A DNA stretch of 64,000 nt from an uncultured virus (IMG/VR IMGVR_UViG_2841800567_000010) (IMGVR_UViG_2841800567_000010); one strand, 5' to 3'; positions 11,071 to 22,730 are shown, counted from the first letter of the stretch. The notes: generated by a model not told the origin, from the letters alone. A program made the numbers and translations.

Positions 11071-13000
11071 TCAAACCCGGCCATACCGGCACGGGTCTTT
11101 TGTGCCTGCCTTAAGACTCTGCCGGGGAGCGGTGGGAAGAGACTTAGTGCCGTCAGCCGCAGCAATATAAGCCCTGAGCGCTTTCCTGTAGATTGTCCAC
11201 GTCGCCTTCTGCGCCTTCACCGATTCCTCTGTGTTCGCGTCGTTGTAATCGTCATCATCCATACGCTGTTGCAGTGCTGTGATGTGCTCAGGCACAGAAT
11301 CGTACTCATCCTGAGCCGTCTGTAAATTTTCTGCGGCGTGGTCCGGCTCAGGGACTTTTTGAACGTAGCACGCCTGCGGCGTGAGCGGCGCTGCTGCGCA
11401 GCTTCGGGTGTTTGCATGACCGGCGCTCCGCTTTATACTCTGCAACCATGCATATCCCCCGCCCCGCCAAACTCCTCTTCACCGTCGATGACGGCTGGAA
11501 CCGCTACCTCGAAAAACACGGCGACAGCATCAGCCAGTGGACCCGTCTCTCCGTTGAGCGCATGCTCGCCTGTGGCACCTGCGCCATGGGCGTCCGCCGC
11601 TAATGCTGCGCCTCGCCGGACTGCACACACTCCCGTTTCTTCTGCCAGAGCTGCAAGTCAAAGGCCTGCAGCGCCTGCGGCATGAAGTCCACCGAGCAGT
11701 GGATCGCGGAGCAACAGCACGTCCTCCCCGACTGCGAATGGCAGCACATCACCTTTACCATGCCCCACCTGTTGTGGCCGTTCTTCAACAACAACTGGCC
11801 CCTGCTCAATGACCTGTTCCGCTGCGCCACCCGGGCCATGCTGAAGTGGGCACGCCGGCAGGGCATAGAGGTCGGTATCTTCTGTGCCCTGCATACTTAC
11901 GGCCGGCAGCTGAATCAGCACCCGCACATCCACGTTTCCGTCACCCGTGGCGGACTTGACGTAAAGCACGGCGTCTGGCGCAGCCTTTTCTTCAAAAAGA
12001 AGGTCGTTGAAGAAATCTGGCGGGGGGCCGTTACCCGCCTGCTGCGCGGCAGCTATGAGCGGGTCAGTCCCGGCACCCTGCCGGGCCTGGGCCACATCCG
12101 CGATGAGCGCCAGTGGCGGCGTTACCTGAAGGCACAGTATGGCCGGCACTGGAAGGTACACTTCGCGAAGAAGACCCGGGGAGCCTGGCACAGCGTGAAG
12201 TTCCTGGGACGCTACCTGAAGCGCCCGCCGGTATCGGCTTCACGGCTGCGACACTATGCCGGCGGCGCGGTGGTCCACCATTACCTCGATCACCGCACGG
12301 GGAAGCATAAACGCCAGACGCTGAGTCAGGAAGAGATGATCGGGCGCTATATCAGCCACGTTCCGGCGCGGCATTTTAAGATGGTGCGCTACTCCGGCTT
12401 TCTGTCCAACCGCAAGCGGGGTACGCTGCTGCCGAAAGTCTGGGAAGCGCTGTCGATGACGGAACGGGAAAAACCGAAGCGGCCCGGGTTTGCGGTGCTG
12501 ATGAAGGGCTTCCTGGGCACGGATCCGTACCAGTGCATCCTCTGCAAAGGCCGGCTGCGTTTTGCCGGCGCCGTGGCGGGTAAGCACGCCACAAAAATGC
12601 TCTCTGACAGGCTGCATCAGATGGCGAAAAAACGATGGCTGCGGATGCCTGAGCTGGATCGGTGCGCCTGAAAAACAGGTTTCAGTTTAAAAATACGTCG
12701 AAGATGACATTTTTACATCAAACCCTACGTAGATTCCCGGCATCACAGGAAAGGATCATGCCACTTTTCATGGTCAGGCGATCTAAAAAGAAGCGATTCA
12801 ATTTCCTAACCATCAAGGTACGGCCCGGCTTCATCAAACACCCCATAGCAGCCATCAGGCGGATTAAAGAAGGCTGCGTAATCCTCATCGCTTATGGCCT
12901 GCCGATCATCCGGCAGCGTCGCGGCTTCAATATAAGGTTGCTGTTCTTCTTCGCCTGCAGGATAAAATCCCTTCGTCTTCATACTGTACAAATAGCTCAT
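11071..13000 (-). pseudogene. Tail fibre assembly protein split by IS91 copy 2
   Basis: Removing 11361-12813 restores ...DEAGPYLEKVPEPD... in frame. Confidence 0.85.
11361..12813 (+). mobile_element. IS91-family element copy 2 (1453 bp); transposase 11448-12671 with TAA at 11601-11603
   Basis: Same ends and translation as copy 1; followed by target CAAG. Confidence 0.95.
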
Positions 13001-13001
13001 A

Positions 13002-13670
13002 TTATCTGCCTGTTGCGATGAAATTTATACGCATCATTGCGTTAGCGCGGTTGACTGCGTGATAGTCAAAGCCTGCGGTGCGTGACTGGTTAAAATTAAT
13101 GCCGTAAATAGTGCCATCCGATGTGTTGTGGCCATTATCACCGTTCATTATCATTACCGTATCGGCCCGCGTCGTAAAAGCTGAAGAGTATGATATCGTC
13201 CCCTCGCCAGCCGCATTAGCAATTACAACCATGCTGCCAAATTTTATTGTAAACGTCCCGATAGAGGTATGTACGGTAACGCCGAACTGAGAGCCGTTTG
13301 TATCAATAGCGGTGAAGCCACTGTTGCCGAGGCTGGTTTGCAGGATCGCCGCTGAAATCCAGTCCAGCGCCCCTTCATGGTTCCACCCGACACTGGCAGT
13401 CCACCCTGCGCGGTAATAGCATCTGCCGTGCTGGTTTTTCCCGTACCGCCCTGCTCAATACTCAGTGCTGTTGTCAGCCCGGTGAGTGAAGTGATATCAC
13501 TGTTCGCGCCACTGGCCGCTCTTCCTTTGATGCCATTGCTGATTGTTTGCTGCATGGCAGGCCAGCCGGGGCCGTTTACGGATGTATTATCAGGAAGACT
13601 GACGGTAATATTTCCGTCAGCTGAGTAGAATTACTGCCAGTTGACTTTATCCAGAATCATTCCCTGCGTC
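13002..13670 (-). pseudogene. Phage tail fibre, fragmented 3' part
   Basis: ASGANSDITSLTGLTTALSIEQGGTG motif; stops and frameshifts; C-terminal FIATGR. Confidence 0.75.
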
Positions 13671-14168
13671 ACCCGTGCAGAGTCAGGTTTCTCTGGCTGC
13701 CGCCAGTATTTATAACTGCTGCGATGAACCCCAAACACATTGCACACAACGGCAACAGGAAACCGCGCTCTGAGTTTCTCAATTAATGAGAACTGTTCAG
13801 GGAGTCTGACATCAGGAGCGCGGTAGCCTTTTTTAATATATCTCTTTTCATTTCAACGTGTTGAAGTCGTTTCTTAAGTTCGCGTATTTCAATTTGCTCA
13901 GGTGTCATGGGTGAAGCTGTAGGGGATTTTCCCGCTCGCTCTTCTTTCAACTGCCGAACCCACTTATCCATCGTGGATTTACCGACATTCATTGCCGTGG
14001 CAGCAGCGGTGACGGTGTCGTTCTGATCAAGAACAAGTCGGGCAGCTTCGAGGCGAAATCCGGGGCTAAAATTGCGTCTGTTACGTCCGGTCATAATGTC
14101 ACCTGTTTTTAACTATGAGACGATGATATCACCTCTGTTCAGGTGGGCAGGTTTAGTGTGCCACTACA
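13670..14168 (-). mobile_element. IS3-family partial element (orfA 13783-14094, truncated orfB)
   Basis: Left end TGTAGTGG at 14168; [13 protein letters not shown]...ILKKATALL. Confidence 0.85.
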
Positions 14169-14651
14169 GTTTCCTGGGAGAGAAAGCGAAAGTCACCGAC
14201 ATTTTCTTCAATTTGGGGAGATCTGATTTTATTATGAAGGCTGTAAAACCACGCGGCGGTTTTCCGTTTAAAGTGGCTGTCACTTTTTCTGTCACATCTC
14301 TTGGCCAGCACAACCGACCAACCCTCCTGCCACTTACTTATTAGTGATGGAATGATTTCAATTGGATCCTGAAGGTCAACATCAATCGGGATAACCGCAT
14401 CGCCAGTTGCATTCTCCAGACCTGCTAACAGGGCCAGCTCTTTGCCAAAGTTACGAATGAAGTTGATTGCCTTAACAGAAGTATCAGTTTCTGCAAGCGA
14501 GTTGATAATCTGCTCAGTAGCATCGGTACTGCCATCATTGATAAATGATGATTTCAATATTGTAAGTGGAAAGCTTTTCTTTTGCGCTACGGTAGAAAAT
14601 GGGTATTGCGTCTTCTTCATTGAAGACCGGAACAACCAGAGAAATTTTCAC
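14169..14651 (-). pseudogene. gtrB: Bactoprenol glucosyltransferase, frameshifted and truncated
   Basis: GTG start, [36 protein letters not shown]. Confidence 0.9.
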
Positions 14652-15007
14652 TTTTTCTCCCTGAAAACAATGAAATTTGAGTAGATAAAGCCGAATGCCA
14701 GGCTGAGAACTGAGAACGCTATGAGCATGATTACCGGGTTAATATGTGCATGGTCGGCTAATTTTCCGATACCAGCCGCCATAGAACCCATAAAAAATAC
14801 ATAAAGGCCATAGCGAATGGTCGTCGCTTCAGTGTTGAATGTCCAGCGTGCATTAGCAAAAAATGAGAATGTAACGGCGATACAGAAAGCCACAAGGTTT
14901 GCCAGGGACTGGCTGACTTCTTGTGAATAAAGCAACGAGAAGACCAGCCAGTGTATTAGCGTGTTAAAGACCCCTATAAAGGAATATCTGGCGAATAGTT
15001 TTAGCAT
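14648..15007 (-). CDS. gtrA: GtrA bactoprenol-glucose flippase
   Basis: [20 protein letters not shown]...[10 protein letters not shown]. Confidence 0.92.
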   Translation of the reverse strand: MLKLFARYSFIGVFNTLIHWLVFSLLYSQEVSQSLANLVAFCIAVTFSFFANARWTFNTEATTIRYGLYVFFMGSMAAGIGKLADHAHINPVIMLIAFSVLSLAFGFIYSNFIVFREKK

Positions 15008-15068
15008 ATCAGACGACCGGATAGACCGGGTTCCTTATCAAAAATCAGATCCTGCCAATGACTTTATC

Positions 15069-16268
15069 TGTACCCGCTCAGACCTGTTCTGACAGTTACC
15101 GGTTATTTATACAGGTGCCTGTCGGATTACATCCGGTTCAGATTCTTTTCTGCACAGACCCGTTTTCCATCAGGTAACGTGGCCGCTGGCCTTCGCCCGC
15201 CGCACATTTTCCCCTGATGAGTCCGCTCATTATTGTCATGCCACAACCCGTTGTCCAGATCTGCCTGCAGGCTCTCCAGGTCCCCATATCACTTCTTGCG
15301 AAACGTAACCTGATAAAAATCCTGCAAAATAGTTTTATGGAAGCGCTCGCAGATGCCGTTGGTCTGTGGGGACATCGCCTTCGTTTTCGTATGGTCGATA
15401 TCGTTGATGGCCAGATACAGCTGGTAATCATGCTGCTCCACCTTACCACAGTACTCCGTTCCCCTGTCGGTCAGTCTTCTCAGCATCGGCAGTCCCTGAG
15501 CCTCACAGAACGGCAGTGCGCGATCATTTAGCAGGTCGGCGGCAGTGATCGGCGTTTTACTCGTATACCGCTTGCAGTGCGCCACTTTCGGGTACGTATC
15601 CAAGAACGTCTGCAGGCAGATACGGCCCACCCCTTTCAGATTGCCAGCACAGAAGGTGTCCTGCGACCCGGGATAGCCCGGGTGAGCGGTCTCGATTTCG
15701 CCACTGGTCTCATCATCATGCGCCTTTTTCTCCAGCGCGGCGATTGGGGCACCGGTAAGCACGATACCTTCTCTGGCGAGCTTTTCCTCAGGCACCTTCA
15801 GGCGTTTACGGAAGTTCTCCAGGTCGTGTCGTTGCCAGATGGCGCGCACGCCGCTGCCGGAGGTAAACACGCCTTTTTTACGCAGCTCATCACTGGTCCG
15901 GTGCTGCCCGGGGGCCGGGAACTCAACGGCATATTCAACAACCGCGCGTTCAGTGGCTTCGTCGGCGCGGTTCGTCAGGTTGGGACCCGGCGGTTCTGGT
16001 TAACCAGCGCGTCAATGCCGCCTTCAGCAGCCAGTTCCTGATAACGGTAGAAGGTGTCGCGTGACACGCCCGTGCTCTTGCAGGCTGTTGAGACGTTACC
16101 GGGTTATTCGGCGAGATTGAGCAGGCTGGCGTTGTGTTTGATGATGGGATTGTGAGTATGGAGCATGAGGGTGACCTCGCGTTTTGTTTAAGGATTCGAC
16201 ACCCATATCAGAACCGGCAACCCTCAATCTTTCAGAGTCCGGTGTCAGATCACGTCGCGACTAATACA
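15069..16268 (-). mobile_element. IS481-family element with pseudogenised transposase
   Basis: TGT...ACA ends; LTDRGTEYCG, PQTNGICERFHKT; flanks do not form a TSD. Confidence 0.88.
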
Positions 16269-16495
16269 TAATCAAATAGCGCGATAAAATCACTCATCTG
16301 CTACGTTCGCCACCCACGCGATCACCTTAATGAAAGGAGTTGAGGCAGGCGGTAAGGCGTTGCCGCTTTTCTCCCCATCGGGATAACCTTCTGAGCATTT
16401 TGCTACTTCCACACGGCTGGTGCAAGCCGGATAGGGTGGATGATTTTATTGCTGTCACTACGCGAGGGCGGCAGAACTACCTTGACACGCACCGA

Positions 16496-16966
16496 CTAAT
16501 CGGAGGCGACTTTTATAATGTCACCATTCTGGCCTAAGCGATAATTATCACCATCATATATAGTAAAAACAGTACCTCTATTTTTACTATTAGTCACAGT
16601 GAATACAGCATCTTTTTCAATACAGTTTTTTTTGGTTTTCATATCATTGAAACAGAATCTGTCATATTTCCCCTCCTCTTTATAACCATCCCCAAACAAC
16701 CAGACGGTAACCGAAAAAGAACCATCCTCCGCCGGGTCAGGAACGTTATACTTTTCTTTAAAAATAGCTTTGTTTTCCATCCACCAATTTATTTTACCCT
16801 TATCTGTAATTGGAGGATTTTCAACCAAAATAGCACTAAAATTATTCCCTCTATGATGAACGGCAATAATCTCTACTGGACGCAGCGACAACCAAAGCCA
16901 GTAGCCAGGCAACACGCAACCAGCAAGGAAGAGCAAAGCCATAGTTTTCTTATTTTTTACTCTCAC
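16496..16966 (-). CDS. DUF943-family protein
   Basis: N-terminal TM, LRPVEIIAVH, PITDKGKINWW, CF.DMKT..NCIEK. Confidence 0.8.
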   Translation of the reverse strand: MRVKNKKTMALLFLAGCVLPGYWLWLSLRPVEIIAVHHRGNNFSAILVENPPITDKGKINWWMENKAIFKEKYNVPDPAEDGSFSVTVWLFGDGYKEEGKYDRFCFNDMKTKKNCIEKDAVFTVTNSKNRGTVFTIYDGDNYRLGQNGDIIKVASD

Positions 16967-17798
16967 TTTCGGTCTCCAGTAATTTCTATGGTGGCTTCCA
17001 TGTTGGTCATAAATGGCCTGAAACCAAACTGATTATAACGCTGGAGTACAAACCAGATACGAAAGAAGCGGAACTGGTTGAACTTGAATTTTGAAATATC
17101 GTCAACATCAAGGCCAAAGTGATCCTGGACTTTGTAATGCACCACCGCCCGGTAACGATCATTATCAATCTGGAGTGATTTAATCGTAATATGCGTTGCC
17201 CAGGTATCATGGACGGTGATCCCCATGCCGTTGAAATTATCCTGGAAACGGTCAAATTTAGGGAGTTTACCTTCAAGAATTGTTTCTTTTAGCCAGTGCA
17301 TTTCTTTTAATGGGTAACATTTTTCTTCCCAGTCAATTTTGTCATTTAAAGTTTCCCCAGTCTCAAGCGAGTACTATTTTTTGTATTATCCCTGAGAATA
17401 TGTTCTCTCAACGCCCTATCCAACGCTATATCACGAAAGGGGGTGCCGTTGCCGTTCTGCATGTGAGTAATCATCTTTTCGATGAGGTGGCTGTAAGGTC
17501 CATACACCGAGAACAAACGCGATAAATTGCGGAATTCATCAAACAGGATAGCCGCGCACTGCTGACGGGTAATTTTCTCACCTTCTCCACGGGAGCCATA
17601 AAACATAGACTGTGGCTGAGTAAACGGGGTGATTTTCGTCAGGGTGTAAGGGTTGGCCCTGGTGGAAACATCCACCAGCCGGTACTGTGATTTTAACTGT
17701 GCTTCGGTTAAATCCCCGCCGCGCATATCGCTGGCGCTGTAGTCGTCCATCCACTTCCGGGTTTTAAATATCGTACTGGGGAACTGTAGTGCGGTCAT
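16963..17798 (-). pseudogene. DUF3289/YPO3983-family protein, 1-nt frameshift near 17355
   Basis: MTALQFP...MDDYSASDM; C-terminal VQDHFGLD, FRIWFVLQRY; adding one G to the G4 run joins the two ORFs. Confidence 0.8.
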
Positions 17799-18231
17799 TG
17801 TGAAACATTCCTTGTGTAATCGTCCGTGGAGGTCTTCACAGGGAATAATACACGGTGAAAGGTCAGAGTGTAAACGTTGTACAGCCCCTGCCCGTAATTT
17901 TTTGCAGATTCCGGGCAGGGGGGATAGTTGGACGCTCTACGCTCTCAGGCCATCATCAAAATACCATGTGGCATCTTTCAGGCTTCCGGGGATTTCCTGT
18001 GCTATGCCTTTCGCGTCGGTGGCTGCGTCTGGATCTCAATATTGTCGATCCGCACGTCTGTACGCTGCGAAACCTGCCGGGATGAATTGCTGATAGCGTT
18101 ACCGGTCATGGAAGTAATCGGATTGCTGGTGGCTCCAGTCAAATTTAAAATTTGATTAAAATCAATTTATTATAATGGATTTAACCATGCAGGTTGAAAC
18201 GTTTTTGATGAGAAATGATGAGGGCTGAATA

Positions 18232-18687
18232 ATGCGCGATATACGGGCAGTGCTGAAACGTTGGGGAGAATGGGCGGCGCATGAAGAAAACCGCTCTGCA
18301 TGGCCCACGGTCTGCGCCACCTTCCGGGGAGTACTGGCGGGCAAATCATCTTTACGTCTGTCCTGTACCGACGATGACGGCCTGATAATCGACGCCTGCG
18401 TATCGGGGCGGCACATCGCCGGACGCGATGCAGAACGCGAGGTGCTCTTTGCTTACTACGTCCTGCGCCTGTCTCAGCGCGATGTGGCTGATTTATTTGA
18501 AACCAACCGTATGCAGGTGCGTAATCTGCTGTCCGGGACTGAGAACTTCGTTAACGGTGGTCTGGTGGTGCCTGGCGTCAGGCTGGATATGGATCTGGTA
18601 CTGAAAGCCACCGGGCAGATGAGAACGCCTGCATTTCTGCTGTCCGGCTTTGAGGATATTTCTGGTTGTGCGCTGGCGGCGGGTTGA
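18232..18687 (+). CDS. Stand-alone phage antiterminator Q-family protein
   Basis: MRDIRAVLKRWGEWAA...CTDDDGLIIDACV. Confidence 0.8.
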   Translation: MRDIRAVLKRWGEWAAHEENRSAWPTVCATFRGVLAGKSSLRLSCTDDDGLIIDACVSGRHIAGRDAEREVLFAYYVLRLSQRDVADLFETNRMQVRNLLSGTENFVNGGLVVPGVRLDMDLVLKATGQMRTPAFLLSGFEDISGCALAAG

Positions 18688-18905
18688 TGGTCGAGAGTTT
18701 GACCATCCTTCAAAACTGAAGGATGAATTCCTGCACTATAGGAAATTAATTTTAATCAGTTAGTTATCCGACTTCCTCCAACAAAGGGACTCAAATAAAT
18801 CAATTACTTACCCATTTTGCGAATCTGTGCAGGTTTGCATATTTATCGCCGCAGCCACCAGCCAGAAAGATAGTTTATCCCGGCTGGTGGCATTAGCTGG
18901 CACGG

Positions 18906-19265
18906 CTACGCCGCTGCATCGTCTGAATTAAACTCAATGTGTATCCGGTCATAGGGTAAAGCGATCTTCTCGCCGTCTTTGTCCAGAACGCCCCCGTTCA
19001 GTAGTGACTGAACATCGTTGTATACGCCGCGAAAATCACGATTAACAATGCGCGATAACTCGCGGATAGACAGGGCCTGCTTTCCTTCCATTGCTTTGAT
19101 GATCTGCCAGCGGTTAGGGGCAAGCATGGTTTTTGCCAGTTTTTTTACCGCGGGGAATACCAGCTCTGAACCGATAAAATCCCCTTTCATTGCGCGGGAG
19201 GCGTCCGACATTGCCGCCCGGAAAGCATCATCAGTGGTCATTACTCTGACGGTCAGTACTCGCAT
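18906..19265 (-). CDS. HTH putative antitoxin (HVO_A0114/TumA-like)
   Basis: LAPNRWQIIKAM...SIRELSRIVNRDFRGVYNDV...PYDRIHIEF. Confidence 0.75.
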   Translation of the reverse strand: MRVLTVRVMTTDDAFRAAMSDASRAMKGDFIGSELVFPAVKKLAKTMLAPNRWQIIKAMEGKQALSIRELSRIVNRDFRGVYNDVQSLLNGGVLDKDGEKIALPYDRIHIEFNSDDAAA

Positions 19266-19269
19266 GGTG

Positions 19270-19553
19270 TTACCTCCTCAACAGGTTAATATCTGCCTGA
19301 AAACTGGCGATCAGGTTTTCAATGGCGGTGAATATCACCGGGTATTCCTGTTCGCCAATGTACTTGTGATCGCCTTTGCCGCGCTCGTTGTCGTACCGCA
19401 TGACGCACACACCATCCACAATGTAGGCCCGGCTGTATTTGTACTGGTGTGTGCGTCCTAAGATTGCCGGGTCTACTTCCAGAATGCGGATTGAAGCAAA
19501 AGCGTTATCAGAGCTATCTGGATTCGGCGCTTCATCAACTCAACAGAGTGCAT
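19270..19553 (-). pseudogene. DUF6516/TumE-like toxin, frameshifted near 19512
   Basis: MHSVELMKRRIQI, then shifted frame ...YKYS..YIVDGVCVMRYDNERGKGDHK. Confidence 0.75.
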
Positions 19554-19757
19554 GGGTTTATCTCCTTGTTGATGTAAATAAATACATCAATTCGCACCAA
19601 TTTAGCGGGCGAGGGGTAAAAATCAAAACCCTTTTAAGGTGAATAGTATTAATACTTGGTGAATACTAAAATTATAAGTATTCACCTGTATTTTTACTTA
19701 TAAATCATTTGATTATTATGTTTGGTGAACAGTGTGAATACTTATATCCAGAAATTA

Positions 19758-21070
19758 GACCCTGTACATGATTCTGTGTAAATGCCTTTTCTCAGTAGTG
19801 GCCGTCCGGGCGGTCACCGAACCCGATAATAAAACGGCTCATTGCCATGCGCCAGTCTCTCAGTGGCATCCTCCATTTCTGTGATGCGGCCTGGATTGCC
19901 AGCCACACCTCCTTTTTCACTGCGTCGTCAGTCGGGAACACCTTCCGCTTCTTGATGGCATCCCGGATCACGCTGTTCAGCGACTCGGTGGCGCTGGTCG
20001 TGTCGAGCGTCTTGCGGATGTCTGCCGGGTAAGCGAAGAACGTCAACAGGCTGGCCCGGTTTGCCTGCCAGCTCCGGCTTATCTGCGGGTAGCGGCTGTC
20101 CCGGGTGCCGGCGAGCGCTTCCCGCGCCTGCTGACCGGCTTCTTCCGTGGGGGCCTGACAATGGCTTTCAGGCCACGGGTGACGGCTTTGTAGTCCTCCC
20201 AGGAGACGAACCGCAGACTGTTGCGCACCATATGCACGATGCACAGCTGGACGCGGGCCTGCGGATACACTGCATTGATAGCGTCCGGGAAGCCCTTCAG
20301 ACCATCAACACAGGCGATGAGGATATCGTTCAGGCCGCGATTTTTTAATTCGGTCAGCACATGGAGCCAGAACTTCGCGCCCTCGTTTTCGGCCAGCCAC
20401 ATACCCGGCAGTTCTTTCTGACCTTCGATGTTGATACCCGGGGCAAGGAACACGGATTTATTGATGACGCGACTGTCCTGCCGGACCTTCAGGACGATAC
20501 AGTCAGGGTAAACGATGGGACAAACGGCATCCAGTGGCCGGTTTTGCCATCCGGTGACCTGCTCCATGACGGCATCAGCTACCTTTGAGACCAGCGCTGG
20601 CGAGGCATCGGCGTCATACAGCTCTTTGAATGCGGCCGCTATCTCGCCGGTGGTCATCCCTTTGGCGTACAACGATAGGATCGGGTTATCCACCCCGGTG
20701 CTCCGGGTCTGGTTTTTCTTTACCCGTTGCGGTTCAAAGGAGCCATCACGATCGCGCGGTATACGCAGCTCCGGCGGGCCATCGCCGGTGATAACCGTCT
20801 TTTGGGTGTGGCCGTTGCGGGCGTTGGTCGCCGGTCTGGGCTGATTTTTATCGTCGCCGGGGTGACGGGTCATTTCGGCGTTGAGCGCCGTTTCGACGGT
20901 GAGCTTCGTCAGCATTCGGGAAAACTGGTTAAGGTCAGCTTCGGTTTTAAGACCTTTAGCCCGTTCAGCCGCAAGGGCTTTAAGTTTCTTTTCGTCCATA
21001 ATTTGCCTGTCCTCGTTGTTGGAGTGAACATATCAAAAACAGGAAATTACACAATTTTAATTACAGTCTC
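19758..21070 (-). mobile_element. IS256-family element, frameshifted transposase (19792-20999)
   Basis: TIRs GACCCTGTAC/GAGACTGTAA; PRDRDGSFEP, DGLKGFP, CIVHMVRNS. Confidence 0.9.
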
Positions 21071-22300
21071 CCGGTTTTAACACACCCGGCCCGATACAGC
21101 CGCCAGGCAGTACTAAAATGGATTGATGATGGTGGTGTTAACCGATCTAGTTCAACGTGCCAAAAGACTTTATCAGCGTACAGCTCATAAACTTTGCGCT
21201 GGTCTTCCAGCCAGTCATGCTTGTTATAGACGGTCATTACTCCTCCAGGCTCATGCCCCAGCATCTTTTCGGTGACATGGGGCATAATACCCTTTCCAGA
21301 TAAATTCGTTACCAGTGAGCGCCTGAAGTCATGGGTACGCCATTCAGGTATATCAATTTTCTTTCTTAAGTTTCTCATGTAGAGATTAGAAGATGATCGG
21401 TTAATTGCCTTATCCAGTTCCTGCCCAGGAAACATAACCGGATTTTTCATAGCCAACAGCCGTTCAACAAACGGTTCAGTCTGTTTAAATATTGGCCTGC
21501 GAATGACATTTCCCATTTTCGAATAGGTAGATGGCGTTGTCCAAATCATGTCTTCCATATTGAATTCTTCAGGAGTGGCCAGACGTAATTCTGACAACCT
21601 TAAAACCCACAGCAAAAGCATCTTATGCAATAATTTATTGGATGAAAATACTTTGTTGTTCTCCAGGGCAAGCCAGATTTTCGCCAGTTCTGTCTAAGTA
21701 AGAACACGGTCACCCATATCAGGCTTTTTACCAATATTTTTGACGCTAAGTTTCAGCACCTCACACGATGGGATTAACTGTCTGCTGATGCACCAGTTCA
21801 TGACAGAGTGCAGTTGCAGCAAAAGTACCCTCGCCTTTTTCTTATTATTACTTTCCTGTTTATCGAAGAACTGCACCCAAAGCGAAACAGGAACACTGGC
21901 GACCAGTACATCACGAAACTCTGTGTACATGGCGTTGTACACAACTGACTTGTAAAGAATACGAGTGTTTTCTTTCAATCTACTAACGTACTTTCCCCAC
22001 CATTCATCCAGACATTCTCTAAGTGTCAGCTCTCCGGTACTGCTGGCGAAATAGGTTTTTGGGTTAACCCCCTTCATGTACAATGCCCGCATCTCACCAG
22101 CGGCGATCCGCGCGTCTTTTAATGTTGTTGAAGGATACGGTTATCCTCGTAGGTGCGGCTTTCCAGCGGAAACGATACTGAAAAGTGATTGTCCCTGCTG
22201 GAGTTATGCGAACACTAAGGCCGCCCCCATCGGTTACTTCTGACGGGCCACTGTATGGTTTGCCGCTGATGCTGCGAAGCTTGGTATCGCTGAGAGCCAC
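21071..22300 (-). pseudogene. Tyrosine integrase of prophage 1, multiple lesions
   Basis: VALSDTKLRSI.GKPYSGP...GLSVRI; HDFRRS, LGH, VYNKH across three ORFs. Confidence 0.9.
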
Positions 22301-22426
22301 GTTATATATCCTGTACACATCGGTGTTTTGCATTCTGTGCTCAATATGTACGCTTTGGCAAGTGAACGAAACGATGGCAAGCGGGGACACACAGAAACAA
22401 AGAGAAATCAAAAAGGAACGTAACAC

Positions 22427-22456
22427 TTGAAAAAAAATGAGAAATTACGATAGGAT
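22427..22456 (+). promoter_or_regulatory. Candidate prophage-supplied sigma70 promoter for tRNA-Arg
   Basis: TTGAAA-18 nt-TAGGAT, 40 nt upstream of the tRNA. Confidence 0.5.
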
Positions 22457-22495
22457 AGAGACACAATCGAACGATTTGAAACGTAGCCGCGCAAT

Positions 22496-22570
22496 GTCTC
22501 CTTAGTTAAATGGATATAACGAGCCCCTCCTAAGGGCTAGTTGCAGGTTCGATTCCTGCAGGGGACACCA
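22496..22570 (+). tRNA. argW: tRNA-Arg(CCT)
   Basis: Cloverleaf, anticodon loop CTCCTAA, GGTTCGATTCC T-arm, encoded CCA. Confidence 0.97.
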
Positions 22571-22686
22571 TTCAACAGTTCGCCCCCATCCGTAGCAGTT
22601 CGCTAAAACCCAATAAATCCAAGCATCCCGCAAACTGCTCGTTCGCCATAGTTCGCAATCGTTCGTTGACAGCCGCACACTTCGGC

Positions 22687-22730
22687 GGGTAAAAAACGGG
22701 TAAATAATTTTACCCACCGGAATTTTACCC
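22687..22730. promoter_or_regulatory. Integrase arm-type sites in attL / int promoter region
   Basis: GGGTAAA x2, then inverted TTTTACCC x2, directly before the int ATG. Confidence 0.7.

Larger units (their letters stand above)
8738..22516. mobile_element. Defective lambdoid prophage 1 integrated at the 5' end of tRNA-Arg
   Basis: 22-bp att repeat, integrase pseudogene, DinI-like gene, tail fibre and tfa remnants, gtrA/gtrB. Confidence 0.8.
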
